Source: Parachlamydiales bacterium (lineage in GTDB: Bacteria; Chlamydiota; Chlamydiia; Chlamydiales; JABDDJ01). From it: a stretch of 64,000 nucleotides of DNA. Below, piece after piece: positions 10,032 through 18,350 of this stretch. The first letter of the stretch is position 1, and each line of letters begins with the position of its first letter. The notes under the pieces were generated by a model. It was not told the DNA's origin and did not search any database. It worked only from the letters and a program-made list of their open reading frames with translations. A program made the translations under genes and the position numbers. Location: NCBI GenBank assembly GCA_041671045.1, contig JBAZCF010000008.1, positions 16,762 to 80,761 on the forward strand, given 5' to 3'.

Positions 10032-10646
10032 TTATACTAGGAACACGCTGCCGCTGGGATAAGTATCTCGGTTATTGAAGCAGATGAATGCTTTTTGTTG
10101 TTCATCAAATTTGACCCTATCTTTTCCAAAGACTGCTGCTATTTCATCAAAATATTTTTCTATGTCTAAGTTGCTTTGATAACCGGATTGTGTGAGTTTT
10201 CCTATTCCGGAGTTATCTCCGGACCAGACTTTAAATATGGCTTTCCCACTAGGCTTTAATGTGCTTAAACACAGCCGGATGTGATTTTTCCTCGATTCCT
10301 CATCATTAATGACGTTAAGAATACTTAACGAAAATGCGATATCAAAGGGCCGCTTTTTCGCAACTGCTAACACCTTTTGATTATGTGTAGGGTCTCTCAT
10401 ATAAGGATCATATACAACGGAATCTAACAGATAACGCTGTGCAACATAGGCACAGTTTGCATCACTAGCTCCTCCCCCAATATCCAGGGCTCTGCCACTC
10501 AGAGCATACGATAAATTGAATATGCTATCGAACGCCCCAAATCCTTCTGTAAGATCAATTTCATTTGTATATTTATCGATAGAATGCCCAACGACACTAC
10601 CGCCAACCCAAGAGATTTGGTTTGAATTTCCATTTAAACGAAACAT
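10032..10646 (-). CDS. class I SAM-dependent methyltransferase
   Basis: 204 aa; motif I-like RALDIGGGASD; downstream FDIAFSLSILN. Confidence 0.7.
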   Translation of the reverse strand: MFRLNGNSNQISWVGGSVVGHSIDKYTNEIDLTEGFGAFDSIFNLSYALSGRALDIGGGASDANCAYVAQRYLLDSVVYDPYMRDPTHNQKVLAVAKKRPFDIAFSLSILNVINDEESRKNHIRLCLSTLKPSGKAIFKVWSGDNSGIGKLTQSGYQSNLDIEKYFDEIAAVFGKDRVKFDEQQKAFICFNNRDTYPSGSVFLV

Positions 10647-10663
10647 TCATACTCCTTTCATTA

Positions 10664-10677
10664 ACTACGAATGTAGT
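10664..10677. promoter_or_regulatory. ACTAC-N4-GTAGT dyad (BlaI/CopY-type TACA/TGTA-like operator candidate), copy 1, ~20 bp upstream of methyltransferase start
   Basis: ACTACGAATGTAGT read directly. Confidence 0.5.
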
Positions 10678-10725
10678 ATTTTTAAACAAGCGGTTCCATT
10701 AGCTATTGATTTGCTGCCTTTTAAA

Positions 10726-10739
10726 ACTACAATCGTAGT
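10726..10739. promoter_or_regulatory. ACTAC-N4-GTAGT dyad, copy 2, embedded in a 44-bp extended palindrome (10711-10754)
   Basis: ACTACAATCGTAGT; outer arms TTGCTGCCTTTT / AAAAGGCAGCAA. Confidence 0.5.
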
Positions 10740-10796
10740 ATTAAAAGGCAGCAAAGTACTCAAAAGCGATTAATTAACACCCTGCGCAGACGTTAA

Positions 10797-10810
10797 ACTA
10801 CAGTTGTAGT
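10797..10810. promoter_or_regulatory. ACTAC-N4-GTAGT dyad, copy 3 (perfect 18-bp palindrome AAACTACAGTTGTAGTTT at 10795-10812)
   Basis: contains TACAGTTGTA, i.e. the TACAnnTGTA box form. Confidence 0.55.
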
Positions 10811-10828
10811 TTTATTCTGCAAATTTAT

Positions 10829-11824
10829 TTAGCTAAATAGGCACAAAGCTGCGATAAGTAATCCTGTAGATGTTATTGCAAGGCTTAAAATGCTGAATTT
10901 TTCCTTTGAATTACTTTTCATAAGAATCCTTACTCTTTTTAATATCTGACTTCCTTTTTGTGTTAGATAGCAGGTATTCATGAGTTTTCTATCTTTTATA
11001 CCTGAAGCTATTTTAACTATGGCTGAGGCGAGATTTTCTTCTATTAAGTGGTATTTCTGTATTCCCTGATCACAGCTCATTTCTTGATCTTCTTCTATTT
11101 TATCGATCCAATACTGTGTAGGTATCCACCAGAAAACTGCAGAAAAGATGTTAATTAGAAATTTGGCCTGAGGATCCTTCCATAGTACATGTTCGTATTC
11201 ATGAGCAATGACAGCTTCAAGCTCTTCATCAGATAAGTTCTTCAGGTGGGACGGTATTACAATTGTCTTGAGATATGTTGCTAGGGGAATATGGATTGCT
11301 GAGCTTTCTACAACTAAAACATTATTTGATTCTAGCTGTAGTTTTAGTGGGGTGCTTAGCATGGGATAAAGGATGTTGCTTCCATTCGCTATGACATCAT
11401 TTATATAGGTATTAGCCTGAAGGGTGATAAGCAATGTCCGGTAAATCTTAAGGAAGGCTATGCTGCCGATAATTACTACAGAATAAAGGCCTATATTGTA
11501 GGAGTCCTGAAAAGATAAATATTTTACTAAAGAAATTTCATTGTTCTGCAGATATATCTGGAGGTTGGGAAAGAATGTACCTAGCAGGACTTTCTGAACG
11601 CAGCTATAGCAACTTAAAGGATTAAGCCAATTCCCGATACTATATTCGAAGGTTAAAAATTCAATAAGGACACTCACAAATGGCAGAAACCGCAATAAAT
11701 AGTTGAGACGGTATTTCTTCAAATTGGAGAAGCGTATGATTAACTCCACAACTAGGGCGGAAGTAAAAAACGCTAATGTTGAACTAATAATAAAGGAAAA
11801 TAGGAAGATAGGCTCAAAGCTCAC
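10829..11824 (-). CDS. BlaR1/MecR1-like M56 family membrane metalloprotease, no extracellular sensor domain
   Basis: 331 aa; HExxH as AHEYEHVLWKD; several N-terminal TM segments; GTGA start/stop overlap with upstream repressor gene. Confidence 0.8.
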   Translation of the reverse strand: MSFEPIFLFSFIISSTLAFFTSALVVELIIRFSNLKKYRLNYLLRFLPFVSVLIEFLTFEYSIGNWLNPLSCYSCVQKVLLGTFFPNLQIYLQNNEISLVKYLSFQDSYNIGLYSVVIIGSIAFLKIYRTLLITLQANTYINDVIANGSNILYPMLSTPLKLQLESNNVLVVESSAIHIPLATYLKTIVIPSHLKNLSDEELEAVIAHEYEHVLWKDPQAKFLINIFSAVFWWIPTQYWIDKIEEDQEMSCDQGIQKYHLIEENLASAIVKIASGIKDRKLMNTCYLTQKGSQILKRVRILMKSNSKEKFSILSLAITSTGLLIAALCLFS

Positions 11825-12192
11825 TTTTTAGACTCTCTCATTTTACGGACCATCTGTTCCATTTCGGCTAATTCGTCATCGGTTAAGTCTTCGGCTGATT
11901 CTATTAAATGGCTGACTATTGCGGAGGTTTTAATACCAAAAAACTTTTGCTTAATCTTATCGAGAATGGAAACTGTATTGGTTGCTTTAAGAGTCCAATA
12001 TTCATATTGAAGCCCAACTCTCTCCCTTGCTAGAAGTTTTTTTTCTGCAAGCCGGCTCATTACGGTCATAATCGTATTGTAGTTATCCAAGCCACCTAGA
12101 GATTGATGTACATCTTTTACAGTTTTTCTCTCACCGCTCTTCAAGATGTATAATATTTGTGACTCCAGTTCGCCAAAAGCGCGCTTGACCAT
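11821..12192 (-). CDS. BlaI/MecI/CopY-family winged-helix transcriptional repressor
   Basis: 123 aa; ELESQILYIL...NTIMTVMSRLAEKKLLARERVGLQYEY; no C-terminal CxCxxxxCxC metal site. Confidence 0.85.
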   Translation of the reverse strand: MVKRAFGELESQILYILKSGERKTVKDVHQSLGGLDNYNTIMTVMSRLAEKKLLARERVGLQYEYWTLKATNTVSILDKIKQKFFGIKTSAIVSHLIESAEDLTDDELAEMEQMVRKMRESKK

Positions 12193-12220
12193 GATTACTC
12201 CTTATTTGAACACTTATTCT

Positions 12221-12234
12221 ATTACAGATGTAGT
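12221..12234. promoter_or_regulatory. ATTAC-N4-GTAGT dyad, copy 4, 29-42 bp upstream of the repressor gene start (autoregulation candidate)
   Basis: ATTACAGATGTAGT, contains TACAGATGTA. Confidence 0.55.
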
Positions 12235-12425
12235 ATTTAGAACAAGTAAATTTTTCTAGTTAGATGTAAGTTATTTCATTACTAACTAATCAATATAATT
12301 ACTAAACCATTTAAAAAAACTATTATTCACTCACGCTGAGGAATTCGTAGTGGAAAATTTTATATTTATTCTTTGATACAAATTTGGGCTCTGCTATCAG
12401 GGAGTGGAAATACCTAAACGGATAG

Positions 12426-13748
12426 GTGATTATGTACAAATTAATTTTAACGTCTCTGATGCTATTATCCTCTACTCTTTCAAGCTTACCCCCTCCAGAA
12501 AATCCATTGGCAACGGTACAAAATGCCGCTTTGGATGATCTTTCCATAAGGATATATAATCAGGAAAAATTTCAATCGAAGCGAAACAAAGCCCGCAATT
12601 TATATAAGTTATTTAATGGCGAATTATTGACCGACAGGGAGAAAGAGCTGCTAGATCAAACTGTCGATGAGCTCGTCTTTAGCACTATCCAAAAAGCTGC
12701 CAATAACGACCCTTACTTCCCTAAAGTTTATTGGGTAGATTCAACTCCAAGGAAATGGTTTAACTTAGATGTTCCGGGCGGACGCTATTCCTACGATAAC
12801 CCCGACTGTATCTATCGCACAATCCCTATTTCCGGAAGCTATTCTTATGAAATTCAAGGACATCGATATAATCCCGGACCTACTGATATCGTTTTTTCAC
12901 TGATTAAAGATGTGAACACTCAGCGTACCGTTACATATCTTAAAGGAAGTGACATTGTACTGGATGAGAAGGGCGATTACACTTTAACCGTGGACCCTTA
13001 TCCTGCAAACGGACGTGTCAATCACATTCAATCTACAAGTGACGCTGTGCAATTGTTTATCCGCAATAATTTGGGTGATTGGAATACTGAAACTCCGGAC
13101 TATTTAACAGTAAGCCGTGTAGATTATTCTCCCAGACCTCCTAAAAGGACAGACCAAGATATTATTGATGAGACTTACGATTTGTTAGATGGGGCTATTT
13201 TTGCTTACGTCTTTGGCGCATTTGAAGTCAAAACCGATTGGAACTGTGAGAACACATTACCTCAGCCTTCACAATCTGAAACATTAGGTACACTTGTGAC
13301 ACAAGCGGCAAGTTTCGGACATTTTGAAATTGACGCAGACCAGGTTCTGGTAGCGGATGTGAACTTAGGTGCGGCAACGTATTTTGTTTTTCCCATCACA
13401 GGGCCTTGGACAATTACACTGGATCCGGCAACACATCAATGCAGTTTAAACAATAAACAAGCTGTCCCAAATACAGATGGCACTTATACTTTTGTGATTT
13501 CGCATGAAGACCCGGGTGTTTACAACTGGCTTGACACTGCAGGCTTACTCAACGGAACAATGCAAGTTAGATGGCAAAACGTTTCTATTAAGACAGATCC
13601 CGTTAAACCTTCTGTAAACATGAGGGTCGTCGACAGAAAGGATTTGGCTAAAGCTCTTCCTGCAGGTACACTTTACGTTACTCCAGAAGAGCGTAAGGTT
13701 ATTCTTGCGGAAAGAAAAGCTGCGCACATTAAACGTACCCAGGAATAA
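12426..13748 (+). CDS. hypothetical secreted protein
   Basis: 440 aa; signal-like MYKLILTSLMLLSSTLSS; no motif recognised. Confidence 0.6.
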   Translation: MIMYKLILTSLMLLSSTLSSLPPPENPLATVQNAALDDLSIRIYNQEKFQSKRNKARNLYKLFNGELLTDREKELLDQTVDELVFSTIQKAANNDPYFPKVYWVDSTPRKWFNLDVPGGRYSYDNPDCIYRTIPISGSYSYEIQGHRYNPGPTDIVFSLIKDVNTQRTVTYLKGSDIVLDEKGDYTLTVDPYPANGRVNHIQSTSDAVQLFIRNNLGDWNTETPDYLTVSRVDYSPRPPKRTDQDIIDETYDLLDGAIFAYVFGAFEVKTDWNCENTLPQPSQSETLGTLVTQAASFGHFEIDADQVLVADVNLGAATYFVFPITGPWTITLDPATHQCSLNNKQAVPNTDGTYTFVISHEDPGVYNWLDTAGLLNGTMQVRWQNVSIKTDPVKPSVNMRVVDRKDLAKALPAGTLYVTPEERKVILAERKAAHIKRTQE

Positions 13749-13781
13749 CCGGGTTATCAATAAAGGGATCACGGGTAAGAT

Positions 13782-14138
13782 ATGTCTAGAATTATATTAC
13801 CCGATGACGAAGATGCCCTTCTAAGCGAATGCAAAGTTGAAACGTATCGTTCCAGCGGTAGCGGCGGACAGCATGTCAATGTTACAGACAGCGCTGTCCG
13901 TCTAACGCACCTACCTTCAGGCATTGTTGTCACAAGTCAGAAAGGGCGCAGTCAATATGCTAATAAGCAAGACTGCATTTCAAAATTACGTGAATCTGTG
14001 GAAAAGCTTAATTATCGTAAGCCAAAACGCATTCCTACACGGGTTTCGAAATCGGTTAAACTAAAAAACAGAGTAAAAAAAGAGAAAGACTCTGAAAAAA
14101 AACGTCTACGCAAAAAGCCTGGAAAAAACGACGATTAA
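13782..14138 (+). CDS. arfB: alternative ribosome-rescue factor ArfB (peptidyl-tRNA hydrolase, GGQ domain)
   Basis: 118 aa; [23 protein letters not shown] plus lysine/arginine-rich C-terminal tail. Confidence 0.85.
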   Translation: MSRIILPDDEDALLSECKVETYRSSGSGGQHVNVTDSAVRLTHLPSGIVVTSQKGRSQYANKQDCISKLRESVEKLNYRKPKRIPTRVSKSVKLKNRVKKEKDSEKKRLRKKPGKNDD

Positions 14139-14169
14139 TCCCCTCTTTGCTATTCTTGCCAAAAATAGA

Positions 14170-14192
14170 CTTCCCTATGGGTAATAGGGAAG
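14170..14192. terminator. 9-bp stem hairpin between convergent genes
   Basis: CTTCCCTAT gggta ATAGGGAAG. Confidence 0.5.
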
Positions 14193-14199
14193 ATTCCTA

Positions 14200-14640
14200 T
14201 TAACTGTTTAGTCGGAATGAGGAAGCAATGGTTTCAAATTCGGATTGGAAATCAGTGAAATCAGAGGGGACAGCGCTAAATGCAATTAGATACTTCTTGT
14301 TCTGAGCTACAATAATATATTGTAAGACTTTAATTTCTAAGCCAAACATAGCCTGAGTATGCAGAGTCCATTTACTTGCAATACCACCAATAGTGCTTTC
14401 TCCCGTTTGTATTTTGGGATCTTCTTTTGAAAACTGCGCAAGAATGTCAGAATAGACTTCATCTAATGTTACTGAATTTTCTATACCTTCTGAAACTATA
14501 GTCATATTTGCACTTGAAGGAGCCTTTACATTTTTTGACGGTGCAAAAATGGAAATGTCGAACAGGGATGCAGGGACTTGGGTCCAGTGGGCTGGGTATT
14601 CGATAAAGTATTTTTTCTTTTCGCTGACGAAGTTTTGCAT
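14200..14640 (-). CDS. hypothetical protein
   Basis: start moved to ATG 14640 because AAGGAGGAG precedes it; ORF track gives a longer 14664 start. Confidence 0.5.
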   Translation of the reverse strand: MQNFVSEKKKYFIEYPAHWTQVPASLFDISIFAPSKNVKAPSSANMTIVSEGIENSVTLDEVYSDILAQFSKEDPKIQTGESTIGGIASKWTLHTQAMFGLEIKVLQYIIVAQNKKYLIAFSAVPSDFTDFQSEFETIASSFRLNS

Positions 14641-14869
14641 ATTTCTCCTCCTTGTTAAACACATTCGTTAGACAGAATATATGAAAATCCCCTCTCTGTA
14701 TACAAAAAGATTATCTCAGGGAGGAGAACAGGAATCCTTTGAAACTTTTCAAAAGCAGAGATTAATATTACAAATCAAAATTGATTGACATCTAGCATCC
14801 CAATCCTAAGGGAGTCTGCTGCTCGTTGATATGAACCAGCATAAAAATATCTCTTAGAGAAATTTCCAA

Positions 14870-14878
14870 TGGTATAAT
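14870..14878 (+). promoter_or_regulatory. possible extended -10 element (TGgTATAAT) ~100 bp upstream of CDS 14976
   Basis: sequence TGGTATAAT read directly; no convincing -35. Confidence 0.25.
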
Positions 14879-14975
14879 TAAAAATTATTCGCATCTATAA
14901 GGTTCGAATTATATTGCAAGAATCCTTTTTCAAGGCTAACTTCAAATAAATATTACTATTTGCACAGAAGGCCAT

Positions 14976-16730
14976 ATGAAAAAACTATTTCTTTTCTTTC
15001 TTCTTGTTGCGGGGAATCTTTATTCTGCAGGTCCCGTACCCATCCTTTCTCAGCCCATACATGAAGCTTTTGTACAGCGTGCCACTGCACCTGTCCCTTT
15101 GGAAGTTATTCCTACCCCCCCTCCTGCCCCGCAGCAAGAAAAACCCCCTGCTCCAACTTATGCTGAAGCTATTTGGATTCCAGGGTATTGGTCGTGGATA
15201 AGGGAAAAAAACGATTTTGTCTGGATATGCGGCGTTTGGAGATTATCGCCCCCCGAACATATTTGGTCTGCAGGATATTGGACAGAGGTTGATGGCGGCT
15301 CGGTATGGGTAAAAGGGGCTTGGATGCCCGACCCATCAAAGACTCAAGCTAAATGGGTTTACAGTAAGGCGGCTCCCCCTTCAGCGCAAAACGAAGATAC
15401 AGGAGCGATACCGGGTGCTGACTCATTCTGGAGCAGCGGCTATTGGAATTTCTCTACTGCTACAGGACAATTTGAGTGGCTAAGCGGCTCATGGCAAAAA
15501 TACAACCCCAACTGGGTATTTGAATCCGCTCAGTGGATATGGCGTCCTGAAGGTTTTCTTTTTGTACCCTCCTATTGGGACTGGAGTTTAGAAACACGCG
15601 GAACAGCATATGATTGCAAAAATGCTTATCCTCTTCCTTTTGGTGAGATTGCTAAATCATGCACCTGCTGCTATCCGGATTATCTACCTATATGCAACCA
15701 CTGCTGGCATTTCCATCCACAATACTGGGATGGTTGCGGCTGCGTTCCTATCTGGTGGGGATGGGCTGATTGGTGGTCCTACCCTTGGCATAATCATTGG
15801 TGGTTATGGTGGTGGTATTCGCATAATGGCTATCCTTATCCTCCTTTTATTGATATTGCGATTATTAATGCTTTACCTCCTCCTCCGATCACTATCATTG
15901 ATACGTTTGGACCTTATGGGCCACCACTATATGTTCTGCCCAAAGGCGTGCCTACGATTGAACAATGGATTGACGCTATTAGTAAAAATGGCAAGGGCGC
16001 CCCTGGCCCATTCCTTACACCTGGATCACAAGGCAATATTATTGACAATGTGATCGCTATGTTACCTCCAACAGGCACTGATAGACCTAACGGAAGGCCC
16101 GGCGGTAAAAAACCTGCTAAACCTTCTCAACCATTACATACGCCTGCTTCAGGTTCTGCCAATGTTCCTATTATTCCGAATGTAACATTACCTGCACATA
16201 GACCTGCAGATACGACCAAGCCGCAGCCTGTGCAAATTCAATCTGCGCCGATACCGACTCCTCCTCCAAGATATCAACCGCAGGTACAAACTGAAAGGTA
16301 TGTCCCTGTACCTGAATATTATCAAGAGGAGCAATACGTTCCTCCTACAACTCAATATGTAGTCCCTACAGATAACTATTACTATCCAACTGGTGGATGG
16401 GGTGGCGGAAGGTATTGGGGTGGCAATGGTTGGGGCGGCGGTTATTGGAATGGTAACCGTGGAGGCTGGGATGGACATCGTGGTGGTGGACACCACGGAG
16501 ATGGACATCATGGCGGTAGCGGAGGCGGCGGTCATCATGGCGGTAGCGGCTGGGGTGGCTGGGGCGGAGGCCATCAAGGTGGCGGCGGAGGTCACCATGG
16601 CGGCAGCGGAGGTGGCGGTCACCATGGCGGAGGTGGCGGAGGTCATCACGGCAGTGGTGGCGGCGGAGGTCACCATGGCGGTGGCGGCGGTGGTCATCAC
16701 GGCGGTGGTGGCGGCAAAGGACATCATTAA
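14976..16730 (+). CDS. secreted WxxGxW-repeat protein with extreme Trp cluster, Pro-rich linker and Gly/His-rich C-terminal tail
   Basis: 584 aa; signal-like MKKLFLFFLLVAGNLYSA; WIPGYWSW, FVWICGVW, WSAGYW, VWVKGAW, WSSGYW, EWLSGSW; WWGWADWWSYPWHNHWWLWWWY; tail of GGGGHH-type units. Confidence 0.75.
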   Translation: MKKLFLFFLLVAGNLYSAGPVPILSQPIHEAFVQRATAPVPLEVIPTPPPAPQQEKPPAPTYAEAIWIPGYWSWIREKNDFVWICGVWRLSPPEHIWSAGYWTEVDGGSVWVKGAWMPDPSKTQAKWVYSKAAPPSAQNEDTGAIPGADSFWSSGYWNFSTATGQFEWLSGSWQKYNPNWVFESAQWIWRPEGFLFVPSYWDWSLETRGTAYDCKNAYPLPFGEIAKSCTCCYPDYLPICNHCWHFHPQYWDGCGCVPIWWGWADWWSYPWHNHWWLWWWYSHNGYPYPPFIDIAIINALPPPPITIIDTFGPYGPPLYVLPKGVPTIEQWIDAISKNGKGAPGPFLTPGSQGNIIDNVIAMLPPTGTDRPNGRPGGKKPAKPSQPLHTPASGSANVPIIPNVTLPAHRPADTTKPQPVQIQSAPIPTPPPRYQPQVQTERYVPVPEYYQEEQYVPPTTQYVVPTDNYYYPTGGWGGGRYWGGNGWGGGYWNGNRGGWDGHRGGGHHGDGHHGGSGGGGHHGGSGWGGWGGGHQGGGGGHHGGSGGGGHHGGGGGGHHGSGGGGGHHGGGGGGHHGGGGGKGHH

Positions 16731-16764
16731 AGGATGATGAATTGAGCTATACGCTGTTAAGATT

Positions 16765-16791
16765 GGAAGTCAGTGATAGACACTGACTTCC
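16765..16791 (+). terminator. 11-bp perfect stem hairpin 35 nt after stop of 14976-16730
   Basis: GGAAGTCAGTG ataga CACTGACTTCC; no clear U-tract. Confidence 0.45.
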
Positions 16792-17013
16792 TAAAGTGGG
16801 TCATAAAGCCTAAACCTCTGTAATTATAAAATTCTATCTAATAATCCAAGCGTTATGGGCTTTGATAAGTCAAGAACAGCCTGCTTTGTTGCTTATACGA
16901 TTTTTATCTTTCATGAAAATTGTCCTCGAGGAGTCGAGGACAAATAAAGCTGCTACAAGTCGCAGCACTCCTATACTAGAAAACGCTTTCGAGTTCAGAA
17001 ATAGATATAGAAA

Positions 17014-17046
17014 GGGAAAAGCTGCGACAAAGTCGCAGCTTTTCCC
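17014..17046 (-). terminator. 15-bp perfect stem hairpin downstream of DoxX-like gene
   Basis: GGGAAAAGCTGCGAC aaa GTCGCAGCTTTTCCC; T-rich run follows on the minus strand. Confidence 0.6.
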
Positions 17047-17077
17047 ATCTTAAAGAAGTCGCACCTAAGCCTATAAG

Positions 17078-17458
17078 TTATTTCTTTAAGCTTAGAGGGC
17101 CCGAGCCAAAGAAAGCAATAATCAATGCAGCGCCCAACATGGACATGTTTTTTAGAAACATTGCTTGTTGTGTAGCCACATCCACCGGATCTGTGAAAGT
17201 CCAGAAATCGTGCATATGAAGAGTGACCGGAATAAGAAAGATCACTATCAGCCATGCGCCCCATCTTGCTTTGTAACCTAACAAAATACTGAGTCCGCCT
17301 ATCGCCGCAATGATTCCAGATATTGGAACTATTAAGTTAGCGTAGGGTACACCATCATCAGCAGCGTACTGTATGACGGAAGGGAAAAAGTGGAAAATTC
17401 CCGACAAGATAAATATCGTTGTAAAAAGAAGTCTTCCTAAGAGCAGTGCATATTGCAT
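17078..17458 (-). CDS. DoxX-like small integral membrane protein
   Basis: 126 aa, four hydrophobic segments, overall resemblance to DoxX family by recall. Confidence 0.6.
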   Translation of the reverse strand: MQYALLLGRLLFTTIFILSGIFHFFPSVIQYAADDGVPYANLIVPISGIIAAIGGLSILLGYKARWGAWLIVIFLIPVTLHMHDFWTFTDPVDVATQQAMFLKNMSMLGAALIIAFFGSGPLSLKK

Positions 17459-17693
17459 AAACTATTCTCCTTGCTTGGATTTAATTCATTTCTAAACCTT
17501 TGCAGCATTAAATAAAATTTTTTTTACATATAAATTGTGTCGCCTTCTAAAACTGCATCGAAGCACGAATAATTCACCGTTGCCTATTGAAATTATTTCT
17601 ATTCGACTGAAAAATTAGCATGTAATTAAAGTTTGATCTATAATACATTCGTATTATATAATAATTGTCAAAAGTTATTATTAATTACTTATT

Positions 17694-18350
17694 ATGCTTA
17701 TAGACCACAAAAATCCCTTCACCGCTTGTTGGAATGAATCCAACGCAAAATTGAATGTCTATGGCGACACTTATTTTTCTAAATTAAGCCGCAAAGTTCA
17801 TAATTTTATCTTTTATATTCCTAATTCCATATTAGCGACATGCTTAAACCCCCGCACCGAAACAACCGTTTATGCCCCTTTTAAACAGATTGACATCCGC
17901 GGTCGTTCTTTTGAAAAGGAAATCATCACTCCAGATAATGTTCATCTGTGCGCTGAAGTGCAGGTGGCAGATAATGCGGATACGGAAACGCCAACAATTA
18001 TCGCTTTTAATCCTTTAGGTTCGAACCAGGGTATTCACGACTGGCTTTTTCCACTTCTTAGCAAAAGAAAATGCAATATCGTGACTTTTAACTACCGGGG
18101 TTTGGGAACGACTTGGACAGGCAAAGATATGGTTTTGGACGGTGAGAGCGTTCACCAATACGTCACAAAAGAATTAGGTACAAATAAAAACAAAGTCCAT
18201 CTTTATGGGTACTCTTTAGGCGGATATTTAGCCGCGCAAGTAAAGTCTCTTCATTTCGATGATGAAGGAAAATTAGTAGGCGATCGGCCCCTCAAATCCA
18301 TATTCAGCTTTATTACAGAAATTTTTTGCATAGAACGCTTTGGTAAGTGA
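17694..18350 (+). CDS. alpha/beta hydrolase, N-terminal part (nucleophile elbow)
   Basis: GYSLGG (GxSxG); ends at TGA overlapping GTG of next ORF. Confidence 0.6.
   Translation: MLIDHKNPFTACWNESNAKLNVYGDTYFSKLSRKVHNFIFYIPNSILATCLNPRTETTVYAPFKQIDIRGRSFEKEIITPDNVHLCAEVQVADNADTETPTIIAFNPLGSNQGIHDWLFPLLSKRKCNIVTFNYRGLGTTWTGKDMVLDGESVHQYVTKELGTNKNKVHLYGYSLGGYLAAQVKSLHFDDEGKLVGDRPLKSIFSFITEIFCIERFGK

Noticed and set aside
14888-14900. GGTTCGAAT string resembling a tRNA T-loop
   Set aside because: The flanking bases do not form a T-stem, and I could not build an acceptor, D or anticodon arm around it.
16188-16737. ORFs 16188-16727 (-) and 16393-16737 (+), and also 15610-16053 (+), overlapping the 14976-16730 gene
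   Set aside because: They are alternate-frame or antisense readings of the GGN/CAY repeat tract. Their products are Ala/Thr/Met/Val low-complexity strings. The main frame has a signal peptide and a coherent repeat architecture.
16862-17264. ORFs 16862-17053 (+) and 16995-17264 (-) in the spacer and over the DoxX-like gene
   Set aside because: The first is made of the hairpin repeats, which translate as KAATSRS / KAATKSQ. The second is antisense to the DoxX-like CDS.
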